Shown here: piece after piece, positions 1 through 11,438 of the stretch
Layout: every line of letters starts with the position of its first letter
How positions within the stretch are numbered: the first letter of the stretch is position 1
Assembly: GCA_903879985.1 (NCBI GenBank)
Contig: CAIRNR010000007.1
Location: forward strand, 216,079 to 280,078
DNA length: 64,000 nucleotides
Source of the DNA: an uncultured candidate division WWE3 bacterium
GTDB taxonomy: Bacteria; Patescibacteriota; WWE3; UBA101185; UBA10185
Direction: 5' to 3'
Program-made: the position numbers and the translations under genes
Notes under the pieces: model-generated
The model's database searches: none
What the model was told of the DNA's origin: nothing
The model's input: only the letters and a program-made list of their open reading frames with translations

Positions 1-857
1 TTTGAGTTGTCTAATTCTTCTCTTAAAGCACCTGATAAAGTATTTAAGTCGATTGCTTGTAGAATTCTTTGTAAGGCTTCTGCACCAATTTCAAGTTTGG
101 CGAAGATATCTAAGTAGTCGATAAGTGAAATGTATTCGTTTTCAGAAATAACTGAGTAAAGTTCAACACTTTCAATCTTTTTCTGAATAAGTTTGTAACC
201 TTTTTCTTGTTCTTCAAACTTTTTATCAAAAGAAGTTATTACTTGTTGAATCTTTTCTCTAACTCTTAAAGATTCTTCACTTCTCTTCATTTCATCTTTT
301 TCTTTTTCAGCTGCATGAACGTCTTTATCAAATTCTTTTACTTTTGCATCAAGTTCTTTTTGGATAATGGCTTTTACTTTTTCTAAGTCTTTTTCAACGG
401 CTGATATTGCATCGGCTTTCTTTTTGTTATCAATTTCTGTAACAATGAAAGAAGCGAAGTAAACAACAGACTCAACGTTTCTTGGAGTTAAATCCAAGAG
501 TAAGGCCATCTTTGAAGGAATACCTTTAAAGAACCAAACGTGAGCAACCGGAGAAGCAAGTTTAATATGACCCATTCTTTCACGTCTTACACGGCTGTGA
601 GTTACTTCAACACCGCATTTATCGCAAACAACACCTTTGTATCTAATACCTTTGTATTTTCCGCAGTAACATTCATAGTTTTTGGAAGGTCCAAAAATTC
701 TTTCATCAAATAAACCTTCTCTTTCCGGCTTAAATGTTCTGTAGTTAATAGTCTCAGGCTTGGTTACTTCACCGTAGGACCAAGTCAACATATTCTCGGT
801 TGAGGCTAAATATATTTTTATTGCGTCAAAATCACGTAATTGGCTTATATCTTTCAT
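1..857 (-). CDS. rpoC: RNA polymerase beta' subunit, N-terminal part (runs off window)
   Basis: Not in ORF track. Manual translation from ATG 857: [19 protein letters not shown]...[69 protein letters not shown]; starts 1 bp after rpoB stop. Confidence 0.98.
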   Translation of the reverse strand, partial: MKDISQLRDFDAIKIYLASTENMLTWSYGEVTKPETINYRTFKPEREGLFDERIFGPSKNYECYCGKYKGIRYKGVVCDKCGVEVTHSRVRRERMGHIKLASPVAHVWFFKGIPSKMALLLDLTPRNVESVVYFASFIVTEIDNKKKADAISAVEKDLEKVKAIIQKELDAKVKEFDKDVHAAEKEKDEMKRSEESLRVREKIQQVITSFDKKFEEQEKGYKLIQKKIESVELYSVISENEYISLIDYLDIFAKLEIGAEALQRILQAIDLNTLSGALREELDNS

Positions 858-858
858 A

Positions 859-3800
859 TTATTTTTCCTCCTTAGTCGTTTCGCTTGGCGATTCGTCTAA
901 TTCACCTTGATACACTTCTTTGGCAGAATCGTCGGCTATTTCTGGTACAGCTACAGCTTCTTCTATTGCTGGTTGCTCTTCCGCTGAATATGCTTCCAAT
1001 CCTAAACCTAATCCGTTTAACTTTCTTACTAATAACTTAAATGTTTCTGGTACTGTTGATTCTGGTATTACTTTACCTTGAATCATTGCACTGTAAGCCT
1101 GTGTTCTACCTAACATATCGTCAGATTTAATGGTTAACATTTCTTTAAGTATGTGAGCTGCGCCGTAAGCTTCTAGTGCCCAAACTTCCATTTCTCCAAA
1201 TCTTTGACCACCGAATTGAGCTTTTCCTCCGAGAGGTTGCTGTGTGATCAATGAGTATGGTCCTGTAGATCTAGCGTGCATCTTTTCTTCTGACATATGA
1301 ATAAGCTTTAAGATGTAAGTATCACCTACCACGACTTCTTCGTGGAAGTAATCGCCGGTTCTACCATCGATTAACTTCATTTTTCCTGATACTGGAAGTC
1401 CTGCTTCTTTTAGTTCAACGTCAATCAATGATTCTGGAATTGCTTGTAAAGATGGAACTTCGTATGTTTTACCAAGTTTTCTTCCGGCCATTCCGAGTGA
1501 TGCTTCAAGCAATTGTCCGACGTTCATACGTGCTAAAACTGATGCTGATGAAAAGATAATATCAACAGTAGATCCATCGGCTAGCATTGGCATGTCGACT
1601 GATGGAACAATGGCTGAAATAACACCTTTGTTTCCGTGACGTCCAGCTAACTTGTCTCCTACTTCAATCTTTTTTTGTTGAGCGACGTAAACTGTAATTC
1701 TTTCAATTGTTCCTGCTGGCAATGATTCGTTGTCCTTTTTTGTAACGCGTTTAATTCCAATAACAACACCGTGCTCACCATGAGGCATGGTTAATGAAGT
1801 ATCTCTAACGTCTTTAGCTTTTTCACCGAAAATAGCTCTTAATAATCTTTCTTCTGAGGTTAAATCAACTTCACCTTTTGGAGCAACTTTTCCAACTAAG
1901 ATATCGCCTGATTTAACTTTTGATCCAACGGCAACAATTCCGTCTTCGTCTAAGTTTCTTAATGTTTCTTCTGAAACGTTTGGTATGTCTCTTGTGATTT
2001 CTTCAGGTCCTAATTTTGTTTCTTGAACTGATGTTGTGTAGTCAGAGATATGAATTGATGTTAAAACGTCGTCTTTAACTAATCTATCTGAAATGACGAT
2101 ACCATCTTCGAATTCCAAGCCACGGTAAATCATGTAAGCGACTTTCATGTTTGTTCCGATAGCCAATTCTCCGTCGTTAACAGCTGGTCCTTCAATTAAG
2201 ACATCACCTTTTTTAACTTTTTGTCCGGTTTTTACACGAACGTATTGGTTAAAACAGGTATCTGAATTTGTTTGCTGGAATTTAGCTGCACGGTATTCAA
2301 CTTTATTCTTTGGTCCGTATTTAACAACAACTTTTGTAGCGTCTGCAAAATCAATTTCACCATCTTCTTCAGCACTAATTAAAGCGTTTGTGTTTCTGGC
2401 GATATCGTTTTCAATACCTGTTCCAACTAATGGTCTTTGTGGTTTTACCAAAGGAACTGCTTGAGACATTTGTTGAGTACCCATCAAAGCACGAGCAATA
2501 TCGTTGTTTTGTAAGAAAGGAATAAGTCCTGCGGCAATACCTACGACCTGTCTTGGAACAACTTCCATGTACTCGGCAACAGAAGGATCTCCTAAGAAGA
2601 AACTTCCGGCTTTTCTAACAGGAACTAATGTATCTGAGATGTAACCATTTGCATCAATGTTTATTGATTGGTCGGTAATGTGAACGTTTTCTTCTTCGTA
2701 AGCTGCTAAATATACAACTTCGTCGGTAACTTTGATTCTTCCGTCAGCTTCTTTTTCGAGTTTAATGTAAGGAGTTTCCAAGAATCCATAATTGTTTACT
2801 TTAGCGTACATAGCTAAGTAGTTAATAAGTCCGATGTTTGGTCCTTCTGGGGTTCTAACTGGGCATACGCGTCCAAATGAAGAGTAGTGAACGTCTCGAA
2901 CTGAGAAACTTGCTCTTTCTTTGGTTAAACCACCAGGTCCTAATACTGATAATCTTCTTAAGTGATCAAGTGCGGTTAATGGATTTTGTTGATCGTGCAA
3001 TTGAGATAACTGTCCTGTTGCGAAGAAACTGTGAACAGCAGCGGCAATAGCTCTTGGTGAAATCAAAACTGATGGTTCGGGTAATATATCTCGTGGAGAC
3101 AAACTCATTCTTTCTTTAACATTCTTTTCCATTCTTAAAAAGCCAATTCTCATTTGCCATTGTAATAATTCACCCATACTCTTAACTCTTCGATTGCCCA
3201 AAAAGTCTACGTCACTTGGTGAACCAATACCGTTATTTAATTCGATTATTCTGGAAACAATCTTTAACAAATCATCCAATTGCAATAATCTATGATCTGC
3301 ATCATTTGTAATATTTAAACCTAATGTTTGGTTAAGTTTAAAACGACCTACAGAACCCATACTAAAACGTCTCTTGTTAAAGAACATGGCGTTTATTAAG
3401 GCTCTAGCGTTTTCTAAGACCAAAGGCTCGCCTGGTCTCATTTTTCTGTATATTTCTAAACAAGCTTCTTCGTAAGAAGATGCTGGATCTTTAGCTAATG
3501 TGGAATCAATGTAATTTACTTCTGGATTTGTTTCAACGCCTGTAAAGGCTTTACGTATTTCGTCGTCGGTATCAAGTCCGAATACTCTTAATATAGTTGT
3601 TGCTGTGATTTTTCGTTTACGGTCAATTCTTACACTAACGACACCATTTCTTGAGGTTTCGAATTCCAACCAGACACCACTTCTTGGCAAAACTTTAGCA
3701 CCTGCTAAAAATTGTCCTGTAACAGGAGATGGTTCTCCGGTGAATAAAACACCTTCTGATCGAATAAGCTGATTTACAATTGTTCTTTCAACACCACTAA

Positions 3801-4146
3801 TTACAAAGGTACCGCGTGCGGTCATCAATGGGATATCGCCCATATAAATTTGCTGAGCTTTCTTTTTCTTTAATATTGGGTCTTCAATGGTAGCTTTTAC
3901 GTACCAAGGAGCATCATAGTTTCGACCGGTTCTTTTGGCGTCCTCTATGGTTAAATTAGCAGCGTCGATTGTTGGATCGGATAAAGTTAAGACCCATCCT
4001 CGACCGGAGTTATCTTCGATAACACCTAATTCATCCAAAATTTCCTTTAGACCTTCATTTTTTAGCCACTCGAAGGAGTCTTTTTGGATAGCAACTAAAT
4101 CTGGTAGTGGTAATATTATTTTTCTTTTTGAAAAACTTTGTCTCAT
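859..4146 (-). CDS. rpoB: RNA polymerase beta subunit
   Basis: [52 protein letters not shown] motifs. Confidence 0.99.
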   Translation of the reverse strand: MRQSFSKRKIILPLPDLVAIQKDSFEWLKNEGLKEILDELGVIEDNSGRGWVLTLSDPTIDAANLTIEDAKRTGRNYDAPWYVKATIEDPILKKKKAQQIYMGDIPLMTARGTFVISGVERTIVNQLIRSEGVLFTGEPSPVTGQFLAGAKVLPRSGVWLEFETSRNGVVSVRIDRKRKITATTILRVFGLDTDDEIRKAFTGVETNPEVNYIDSTLAKDPASSYEEACLEIYRKMRPGEPLVLENARALINAMFFNKRRFSMGSVGRFKLNQTLGLNITNDADHRLLQLDDLLKIVSRIIELNNGIGSPSDVDFLGNRRVKSMGELLQWQMRIGFLRMEKNVKERMSLSPRDILPEPSVLISPRAIAAAVHSFFATGQLSQLHDQQNPLTALDHLRRLSVLGPGGLTKERASFSVRDVHYSSFGRVCPVRTPEGPNIGLINYLAMYAKVNNYGFLETPYIKLEKEADGRIKVTDEVVYLAAYEEENVHITDQSINIDANGYISDTLVPVRKAGSFFLGDPSVAEYMEVVPRQVVGIAAGLIPFLQNNDIARALMGTQQMSQAVPLVKPQRPLVGTGIENDIARNTNALISAEEDGEIDFADATKVVVKYGPKNKVEYRAAKFQQTNSDTCFNQYVRVKTGQKVKKGDVLIEGPAVNDGELAIGTNMKVAYMIYRGLEFEDGIVISDRLVKDDVLTSIHISDYTTSVQETKLGPEEITRDIPNVSEETLRNLDEDGIVAVGSKVKSGDILVGKVAPKGEVDLTSEERLLRAIFGEKAKDVRDTSLTMPHGEHGVVIGIKRVTKKDNESLPAGTIERITVYVAQQKKIEVGDKLAGRHGNKGVISAIVPSVDMPMLADGSTVDIIFSSASVLARMNVGQLLEASLGMAGRKLGKTYEVPSLQAIPESLIDVELKEAGLPVSGKMKLIDGRTGDYFHEEVVVGDTYILKLIHMSEEKMHARSTGPYSLITQQPLGGKAQFGGQRFGEMEVWALEAYGAAHILKEMLTIKSDDMLGRTQAYSAMIQGKVIPESTVPETFKLLVRKLNGLGLGLEAYSAEEQPAIEEAVAVPEIADDSAKEVYQGELDESPSETTKEEK

Positions 4147-4341
4147 TAAATAATTCCTAAAAATGTGTGTGTTGAAAAATTAAATCACCCTTGCAAGATG
4201 GCTGCACTAAAGGCTAGCACTGGGCGAAATAATCGTTTTCCAACAACCTTAAATACAACGAAGCGCTAACCATATAAAAAAATTTCAAGGCACGAAATGC
4301 CCTATTATTCATTATATACTATTAGCGTAAGGACAAGCCGA

Positions 4342-4370
4342 AAAGTAACATAATTATAAAGCACTGTCAA
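4342..4370 (-). promoter_or_regulatory. sigma70 promoter of rpoBC
   Basis: TTGACA-17 bp-TACTTT with extended TG on minus strand; implies about 190-nt leader. Confidence 0.6.
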
Positions 4371-4386
4371 GGTTTAGTACATATCC

Positions 4387-4932
4387 TCAGTGTATAAAAC
4401 CTAGTTTATCGAGTGGCCAAAATATAAATACAACCCTGCCGACCACCTCTTTTGCTTGTATAACGCCAAAAAACCTAGAGTCTAAGGAAAAGGGTCTATT
4501 ATCCCCAAAAACTAAGTATTGGCCATCCTCAATCTTTAAAGCCCGACCTTCCTTAATAATAGAACCACCATTAGTACAAATATCAGTAGGAAGGTAAGTC
4601 TCCTGAAGCTCGTACTTTTGATTATCTCGGGAAATGTACACGTGGCAGTTGAATACCTCTATTATATCTCCCGGCATCCCAACAATTCTCTTTATATAAT
4701 GTTTGTCAGGTTCATTAGGTGGAATTAATACTACTACATCTCCTCGTTTAAGTGGTGAAACAATTGGAGATATTTTATCAACAAGTATTCTTTCGCCGGT
4801 ATAAAAGTTAGGCTCCATACTTGCGCCCCAAACAACTTCAACAGATCCAACAAACATATAAATCATGAAGATTACAATGAGTGAAGTAACAAAAGTCTCG
4901 AATAATTCAAAAAAATATGATTTCATTTTCAT
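4387..4932 (-). CDS. lepB: Signal peptidase I (bacterial type)
   Basis: N-terminal TM, GASMEPN (Ser), YIKRIVGMPGD (Lys), GDNRPFSLDSR. Confidence 0.95.
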   Translation of the reverse strand: MKMKSYFFELFETFVTSLIVIFMIYMFVGSVEVVWGASMEPNFYTGERILVDKISPIVSPLKRGDVVVLIPPNEPDKHYIKRIVGMPGDIIEVFNCHVYISRDNQKYELQETYLPTDICTNGGSIIKEGRALKIEDGQYLVFGDNRPFSLDSRFFGVIQAKEVVGRVVFIFWPLDKLGFIH

Positions 4933-4965
4933 AACGTATATATAAGATATAATATCGGAATCGAT

Positions 4966-6603
4966 ATGTCCAAGAAAAAACGAATTAAATCAATACAAAC
5001 CGAAAATATAAATGAAACGGGAAAAACAATAACTACTTCTGTAGGTTTGAAAGTTCCACAAAACTTTAAACAATTTTTCAAATTAATCCAAGAAAATCTA
5101 CTTGTTTATATATTAATGTTGGTAGGTTCGGCTTTGGTTTACATGCAATTGCTTCACGCAGGGTTTTTAAACCTCGACGATTATCAAGGTATAGTGGCTA
5201 ACCCTGTAATAAAAGACTTTAGTCAGGTAATTAAGTTAGTCTCCATCTGGCACCTTCACTTAGCAGTTATATTTGCAATATTTAAACTTAACGCCGGCGG
5301 ATATCATTTGTCCTTAATAATATTTCATTCACTTAACGTATTTCTTTTCTTTTTACTAACATATGTGTTGTTCGGCAGAAAGACTTCACTAATATCGTCT
5401 TTTTTGTTTTTGGTTCACCCACTTGCCTCAGAAGCTGTGTGTTGGTTATCAGGTGGAATTTATTTGTTCACAACATTGTTCACAATCTTTCCGGTTTTAA
5501 TGTACGTCTTATTTAGAAAATCCGGAAATAAAAGTTTTTTTATTGTAGGAGTGATTTCTTTTAGCGTTACTTTAATTATTCATCACGTGCCGTGGCTTTT
5601 AACCACACCATTTTTGATAGTAGTTATTGATCAGCTTATTTTGGAAAAGAAATATCAATTAAAAAATATTAAATACTACATTCCATTTCTTGTTGGTGGT
5701 TTCGCGTACGCCGCAGTATTTGTTTATCAAAATTACTTCGCGCGAGTTGTTGCCTTAAAAACTGATTACTACTTTGATCCTACAAAACCAACACCAGTCC
5801 TAAATCGATTACCATACATTGTTTATATGGTCGCTGACCTATTGGTCTACCCAAAGGACTTAACGATTTATCACGAAGGAAACATTATTTCCCCTTCTCT
5901 ATACGCCACCATGATTGGAGTAACAGTAGCACTTATTATTGCTTGGATAATTGTTTATAAAAAGAATCGCGTTCTAGCAGCAGTATTTTTATTAATGCCC
6001 ATAACAATGTTGCCATCTTTCAGTCCGGTGGCCATTGCGTGGTTTGTTGCCGAAAGATACTTATATATAACAACCGCGTTCTTCTGCATAGCACTTGGTT
6101 ATTTACTAAACAAATTGCCTACTAAAGTAGCAGTAGGAATAACAATAGTACTAGTGGCAATATATGGAACCAGAACTTTCTATAGAACAAACGATTTTAT
6201 ATCCAGTAAAAACTTATGGCTAGCAACAATGAAAACGTCACCAAGAAGTTACCGCGTGTACAACAACCTAGGAGATGTATATTCCGAAGAAGGCGACTAT
6301 CAAAACGCGATAGAAATGTTTAAGAAGTCTGTAGAGTTATTCCCACAATACGCTGATGCCGTGCACAACATTGGTTTTACTTACATGGAGATGGGAGATA
6401 TGGTCCAAGGAGAAAAATATTTGAAACAAGCTCTTCAAATGAATCCAAGATTATTTGGTGCCAGTTACAAGCTTGGTGTTCTGGAATATCAAAGAAAAAA
6501 CTACGCGCAAGCCCGCCAATATTTTATGCAAACTTTAGCTATAGATCCGGGAAATGTTGATACTCTAAATGCAATAAGAAGTATGGATGCTGCGGGATAT
6601 TAA
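4966..6603 (+). CDS. Multi-TM GT-C-type glycosyltransferase with C-terminal TPRs (TMTC-like)
   Basis: LDD motif after first TM, FLVHP..SEAV.W, AERYLY, about 11 TM helices, C-terminal TPRs (YNNLG, HNIG, YKLG). Confidence 0.7.
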   Translation: MSKKKRIKSIQTENINETGKTITTSVGLKVPQNFKQFFKLIQENLLVYILMLVGSALVYMQLLHAGFLNLDDYQGIVANPVIKDFSQVIKLVSIWHLHLAVIFAIFKLNAGGYHLSLIIFHSLNVFLFFLLTYVLFGRKTSLISSFLFLVHPLASEAVCWLSGGIYLFTTLFTIFPVLMYVLFRKSGNKSFFIVGVISFSVTLIIHHVPWLLTTPFLIVVIDQLILEKKYQLKNIKYYIPFLVGGFAYAAVFVYQNYFARVVALKTDYYFDPTKPTPVLNRLPYIVYMVADLLVYPKDLTIYHEGNIISPSLYATMIGVTVALIIAWIIVYKKNRVLAAVFLLMPITMLPSFSPVAIAWFVAERYLYITTAFFCIALGYLLNKLPTKVAVGITIVLVAIYGTRTFYRTNDFISSKNLWLATMKTSPRSYRVYNNLGDVYSEEGDYQNAIEMFKKSVELFPQYADAVHNIGFTYMEMGDMVQGEKYLKQALQMNPRLFGASYKLGVLEYQRKNYAQARQYFMQTLAIDPGNVDTLNAIRSMDAAGY

Positions 6604-6604
6604 C

Positions 6605-7543
6605 TTAGTTCTTTACGAATCTAGCAATAAAAAATCCAGCGTAATATTGATTTGGTAATACGCGCAAAGCTTTTATTAAAGTCTCGCCAAACTCTTTTTC
6701 CTTCCAATGTGTAAATCCGGTAACAAAATTCTTTTCGGGAAAGTTAATGGTTTCAAGCTGAACTTCCGGAAAATGTTTTAACGCCCATTCAATAACCTGC
6801 TCGTTCTCTTCAAGGCTGTATGTACAAGTAGAATAAATTAATTCCCCACCACGTTTTAACATCTTAATTCCTGTGGCTAGTAACTTTTTTTGCAATTGGG
6901 AGAGTTTTTTGGGAAGCTTAGGATTCCAAAATTTAAAATCAAAGTTTTCAATATCTCGTATGTTTCCCTCATTAGAACAGGGCACGTCCACCAAAACTTT
7001 ATCAAAATATTCCAAAAGGTCCGGTCGAATATTTACAAGCGCTGCAGCATTAGCTTTTATTGTTTGAATATTTTCAAGTCCGTAGTTGGCAAAGGTTTTC
7101 TTCATAAAGTTAAAGCGATTTGAGTTTGTTTCAACCGCAAAGATTTCCGCTTTTCCTTCAGCCATGATTCCTATTTGAGTAGTTTTACTGCCGGGGGCCG
7201 CGCATAAATCTAATATTTTTTCGTTTGGTTTTGGATTTAAAACAACGGCGTCGAGCATACTGGATAATCCCTGAATATATAAAATGTGTTCGTCGACCAA
7301 ACTTGTTTGTGAAACTTTTTTCTCTGGTGAAGAAAAGTTTATGTAACTGTTTGTAAAGGGACCGGGTTTAATTTCAAATCCCAAATCTGCGAGTTTTTTA
7401 AGTATTTCGTCAGATGAATTTGCGAGTGTGTTTATTCGGAAGGTTTCAAAGCGCGTTCCCAACGAAAGTATATCTTCATTTGGATAAATTTCTTTAACCT
7501 TGGATATAAATAAATCTTTTTTATTTGCAGTGTCCTTCTTCAT
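6605..7543 (-). CDS. RsmB/RsmF/NOP2-family RNA m5C methyltransferase
   Basis: DLCAAPGSKT, VDVPCS, YSTCT motifs; start moved to ATG 7543 (MKKDT), just after secA stop. Confidence 0.9.
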   Translation of the reverse strand: MKKDTANKKDLFISKVKEIYPNEDILSLGTRFETFRINTLANSSDEILKKLADLGFEIKPGPFTNSYINFSSPEKKVSQTSLVDEHILYIQGLSSMLDAVVLNPKPNEKILDLCAAPGSKTTQIGIMAEGKAEIFAVETNSNRFNFMKKTFANYGLENIQTIKANAAALVNIRPDLLEYFDKVLVDVPCSNEGNIRDIENFDFKFWNPKLPKKLSQLQKKLLATGIKMLKRGGELIYSTCTYSLEENEQVIEWALKHFPEVQLETINFPEKNFVTGFTHWKEKEFGETLIKALRVLPNQYYAGFFIARFVKN

Positions 7544-7550
7544 TTGGGTA

Positions 7551-10088
7551 TTAGGAGTTTGCTCCATGACAGTTTTTGTACTTCTTACCACTGCCGCAAG
7601 GACATGGATCATTACGACCAATCTTTTCTTTTCCTGAAACAATCTGTTCAACCTTTATCTGGCGCCCCATTGTATCTACCGCAACTGCCTTTGCTTCTTC
7701 TGCAACGCCAGTTTCTATTTCGCCATGTTGATAAGTAACATTTCGTTTTTGTAATGGTTTTGGCGCAACCGGTTCAATCTCTTTAGATACGCGTGACAAC
7801 CTCTGACCAATTTCCGCATAAATTTGAGCAACCAATATTCCAAATCTTTCGTGACCTTCCTTTTTATATTCAACCATTGGATCTCGTTGAGCATAACCAC
7901 GTAAACCAATTCCCTGTCTAACTTGGTCCATGTCTACTAAATGATCCATCCACATAACATCAACTACAGGCAAACTTAAATAAGCGGCTATTTGATACCA
8001 ATTTTCTTTTCCAAACTCTTTTACTTTTGAATCCCAAGTTTCTTGACTAAAAGCTTGGTATTCTTCGAGCTTACTTACAAGCCATAAAGCCATTTCGTCA
8101 TCACCACTTTGAAGTTCCAGTAGTTTGCGTCGTAATTTATAAACAACACCTCGGTGAATATTTATAACGTCGTCCATTTCCACAACTTGCTTACGTTGAT
8201 CAAAATTCATTCCTTCAACTTTTTTTTGAGCGTTTTCAATTGCGCGCGAAACGATTCCGGCTTCTAGTGGAATACTTTCATCAATACCAAAACGATCCAT
8301 GATTCTCTGAACCTGCTCACCACCAAATATGCGCATCAAGTCATCTTGTAACGAAATAAAGAATCTGGACTCACCTGGGTCACCCTGTCGTCCAGCACGA
8401 CCTCGTAATTGGTTGTCTACTCGACGGGATTCATGACGTTCGGTACCTACAACAAAGAGTCCACCAAGTTCTTTTACCTGCGCTTGCTCACCTTCAACAG
8501 CAGGATCGCCACCCAACAAAATATCAACTCCACGACCTGCCATATTTGTTGAAATGGTAACTGCGCCTTTTCTACCGGCCTGTGCAATTATTAATGCTTC
8601 CCTTTCGTGGTTTTTAGCGTTTAGGATTTCATGAGGAATTTTTCTTCTCTGCAAAAGCTCGTGCAATAGTTCACTTTTTTCAACTGAAGTTGTACCAACC
8701 AAGACCGGTTGATTATTTTTATGTCGCTCGGCAATTTCATCGGCAACGGCTCTAAACTTTGAAGCTTCAGTTTTATAAACAACATCGTTAAGATCTTTTC
8801 TGATGTTAGGCTGATGAGTTGGTAAAACGACAACATCTAATTTGTAAATCTTGAAAAATTCTTCGGCTTCGGTGATAGCGGTTCCGGTCATACCTGCTAG
8901 CTTTTTATACATTCTAAAATAATTTTGATATGAAATTTCGGCTAATGTTTTTGACTCATCCTGAATTTTTACACCTTCTTTTGCTTCAATAGCCTGGTGT
9001 AATCCGTGTGAAAATCTATTGTTCTGTAACAATCGTCCGGTAAATTGATCAACGATTATTACCTGACCATCTTTAACAACGTAATCTCTATCTTTTTCGT
9101 ATAAGGCACGTGCTGTTAAAGCTTGCTCAAGCAAGTGAACCATTTCAAAATCCTGCTCATATAAATTGCTAACACCAACTAATCTTTCTACACGGCGAAT
9201 TCCTAAGTCAGTTAAGGTTACATTTCTAAACTTTTCCTCAACTTCGTAATCGCTACCTTTTGCCAATGACTTTACAATTTTGTCTGCCTCAAAATAACGA
9301 TCACTTGGCTTGGTATCAGCAGTAGAAATTATTAATGGAGTTCTGGCAACGTCAATTAAAATAGAGTCAACTTCGTCAACAATTCCAAAGTTGTGAATTC
9401 CCCAAGTACCGTTTGGATTCGTCTGAACCATTTCCTGCAAACTTCGTGCCATATTGTCGCGCAAGTAGTCAAAGCCAAATTCATGGTTTGTTCCGTATAC
9501 AACATCACATTGATAAGCTTGTTGACGCGCTACTTCTTTCATGTGAATAGCGTAGGTATCGCCAAACTCTTTTCCCTCGTAAGTTGGATCATAAATAAAA
9601 GCGCGTTCCTGCATAACAACTCCAACGCGTAATCCTAAATAGTCGTAAACCGGACCCATCCAGCCGGCACCATGACGTGATAAGTAATCATTTGGAGTTA
9701 TTAAGTGAACACCGCGACCTGTTAAGGAATTTAAATATAAAGGTAATGTAGCAGTTAAAGTTTTTCCTTCTCCTGTTTTTTGTTCAGCAATTTTTCCTTC
9801 GTGTAAAACAACTCCCGCCATTAATTGAACATCAAAGTGGCGCATGTTTAGTGTTCTTTTGCCGGCTTCTCTAACAAGTGCAAAAGCTTTTGGAAGTATT
9901 TCGTTTAAATAGTTTTGTTGGGCTTCATCATCTAATGTTTTAAGCTCTTGTTGCCATTTTGTTGTTTGAGCTTTCATTTGTTCTTGAGTTAATTTTGAGA
10001 TCTCCTCTTCAAATGAATTTATTTTTAGAACAATAGGTCGTATTTTATTAAGTTGTTTTTCGTTTGAATCAAACAAGAATTTGAACAT
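7551..10088 (-). CDS. secA: Preprotein translocase ATPase SecA
   Basis: KTGEGKT, VDEVDSILID, QLRGRAGRQGDPG, C-terminal CPCGSGKKYKNCH. Confidence 0.99.
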   Translation of the reverse strand: MFKFLFDSNEKQLNKIRPIVLKINSFEEEISKLTQEQMKAQTTKWQQELKTLDDEAQQNYLNEILPKAFALVREAGKRTLNMRHFDVQLMAGVVLHEGKIAEQKTGEGKTLTATLPLYLNSLTGRGVHLITPNDYLSRHGAGWMGPVYDYLGLRVGVVMQERAFIYDPTYEGKEFGDTYAIHMKEVARQQAYQCDVVYGTNHEFGFDYLRDNMARSLQEMVQTNPNGTWGIHNFGIVDEVDSILIDVARTPLIISTADTKPSDRYFEADKIVKSLAKGSDYEVEEKFRNVTLTDLGIRRVERLVGVSNLYEQDFEMVHLLEQALTARALYEKDRDYVVKDGQVIIVDQFTGRLLQNNRFSHGLHQAIEAKEGVKIQDESKTLAEISYQNYFRMYKKLAGMTGTAITEAEEFFKIYKLDVVVLPTHQPNIRKDLNDVVYKTEASKFRAVADEIAERHKNNQPVLVGTTSVEKSELLHELLQRRKIPHEILNAKNHEREALIIAQAGRKGAVTISTNMAGRGVDILLGGDPAVEGEQAQVKELGGLFVVGTERHESRRVDNQLRGRAGRQGDPGESRFFISLQDDLMRIFGGEQVQRIMDRFGIDESIPLEAGIVSRAIENAQKKVEGMNFDQRKQVVEMDDVINIHRGVVYKLRRKLLELQSGDDEMALWLVSKLEEYQAFSQETWDSKVKEFGKENWYQIAAYLSLPVVDVMWMDHLVDMDQVRQGIGLRGYAQRDPMVEYKKEGHERFGILVAQIYAEIGQRLSRVSKEIEPVAPKPLQKRNVTYQHGEIETGVAEEAKAVAVDTMGRQIKVEQIVSGKEKIGRNDPCPCGSGKKYKNCHGANS

Positions 10089-10183
10089 AACGTTTTGATT
10101 TTATCACACATGTAAGGCTTTTTTTAGCAAGCACATTGTGCTATAAGTTAAAGACAAATCTAAAGTATCAGGAGGAAAGAGAT

Positions 10184-10552
10184 ATGCCGTATCCAACTAA
10201 AACAGGCTATGCGGAAACACTGGCAAAACTAACAGCTGTTGCTACGCCGAGACTAAGTTTGGAAGAAAATGCAAAACTGTTATGTGCGCAACTCAAGACC
10301 GACTTAGCAAATCTTAAGCTTAAAAAAGAAGACGCTGAGTTGGTTAGAGCACTGGTGGAGAAAAAGTTTGCTGAACATTGGCAAGATTTAACTGAAACCA
10401 AGGTGGTACAGAATATTCCACCAACTCAAGTGCATCTTGAACTTGTTATGCTCGGGCATCAGGCTGGCGAAGTGGTATACGCACTCACGATCATTAAAAA
10501 ATCAAAAACATGTGTCATCGGTTATTTAGAATGCTACCCAACCGGGCACTAA
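10184..10552 (+). CDS. Hypothetical orphan protein
   Basis: GGAGG SD before ATG 10184; TGCTATAAG -10 upstream; terminator downstream. Confidence 0.7.
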   Translation: MPYPTKTGYAETLAKLTAVATPRLSLEENAKLLCAQLKTDLANLKLKKEDAELVRALVEKKFAEHWQDLTETKVVQNIPPTQVHLELVMLGHQAGEVVYALTIIKKSKTCVIGYLECYPTGH

Positions 10553-10580
10553 CAAAAATTTTCCCTCGGGAATAAAAACA

Positions 10581-10619
10581 GGCACCCCCGTATCAACTTA
10601 CTCGGGTGCCACTTTTTTT
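10581..10619 (+). terminator. Intrinsic terminator, possibly bidirectional
   Basis: GGCACCC..GTA..TAC..GGGTGCC followed by T-run and preceded by A-run, between convergent genes. Confidence 0.7.
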
Positions 10620-11436
10620 ACTTAAAAATTACAAAGCCGATTAAAATCAAAAATAAGACAATGCGATAAATAATAAATGGTAATAAGCTTTTACTTTTCA
10701 AAAACTTAATCAAAAAATCTACAGCAATATATCCGGTTATCGCACTGACTAAAAATCCAACCAACAGGGGTGCCGCTGTTAACCCTAATGGATCATGTCG
10801 AAGATGTAACAACTGAGAACCACCCGCCGCTAGAATTACAGGAATAGAAAGTATAAATGAAAACTTAGCCGCGTTTTCTCTGTTTAAACCAAGCAACATA
10901 CCTCCAGAAATAGAAGCACCAGATCTTGAAAATCCTGGGAGTAAAGCTAAACTTTGAAAAAATCCTACGAATAAACTATCTAAAAAAGTTGGATTGTCCT
11001 TTTTTTGCGTAACTTTGTAACGGTATTCTGCAAAAATCATTAATATACTGCCCAAAAGCAAGAACACTGCTACCGAAGCAACACCTCTAAAGGTATTGTC
11101 CAAAAAATCGCTTAATAAAAATCCTAAAATTCCCGCAGGTAAACTCGCGAGAATAATCTTCAACCCAAACTTCCCGTCAGGAGAAAAGCTTTTAAAATTA
11201 AATTTATTTTTAAGTACATCTTTAACAAAAGCTTTAACTAAAATTACTAAATCTTTAAAGAAGTAAATTATAAGCGCCAAAGCTGTTCCCAAATGCAAAG
11301 TTGTATCAAAGGCTAAAGGCTGTTCGGCCCAACCCAATATTTGAGGAAATATAATTAAATGTCCAGAAGATGAAATAGGTAAAAATTCTGTTAGACCCTG
11401 AACTATTCCTAATATTAAAGCGTGAAGTATTGTCGT
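10618..11436 (-). CDS. uppP: Undecaprenyl-diphosphate phosphatase
   Basis: Frame extends upstream of the ORF call: TILHALILGIVQGLTEFLPISSSGHL; also PGFSRSG. The expected start codon position reads ACG. Confidence 0.95.
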   Translation of the reverse strand, partial: TTILHALILGIVQGLTEFLPISSSGHLIIFPQILGWAEQPLAFDTTLHLGTALALIIYFFKDLVILVKAFVKDVLKNKFNFKSFSPDGKFGLKIILASLPAGILGFLLSDFLDNTFRGVASVAVFLLLGSILMIFAEYRYKVTQKKDNPTFLDSLFVGFFQSLALLPGFSRSGASISGGMLLGLNRENAAKFSFILSIPVILAAGGSQLLHLRHDPLGLTAAPLLVGFLVSAITGYIAVDFLIKFLKSKSLLPFIIYRIVLFLILIGFVIFK

Positions 11437-11438
11437 AT

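Noticed and set aside
7544-7651. N-terminal extension of the RsmB-family ORF overlapping secA
   Set aside because: An ATG at 7543 just after the secA stop is more plausible
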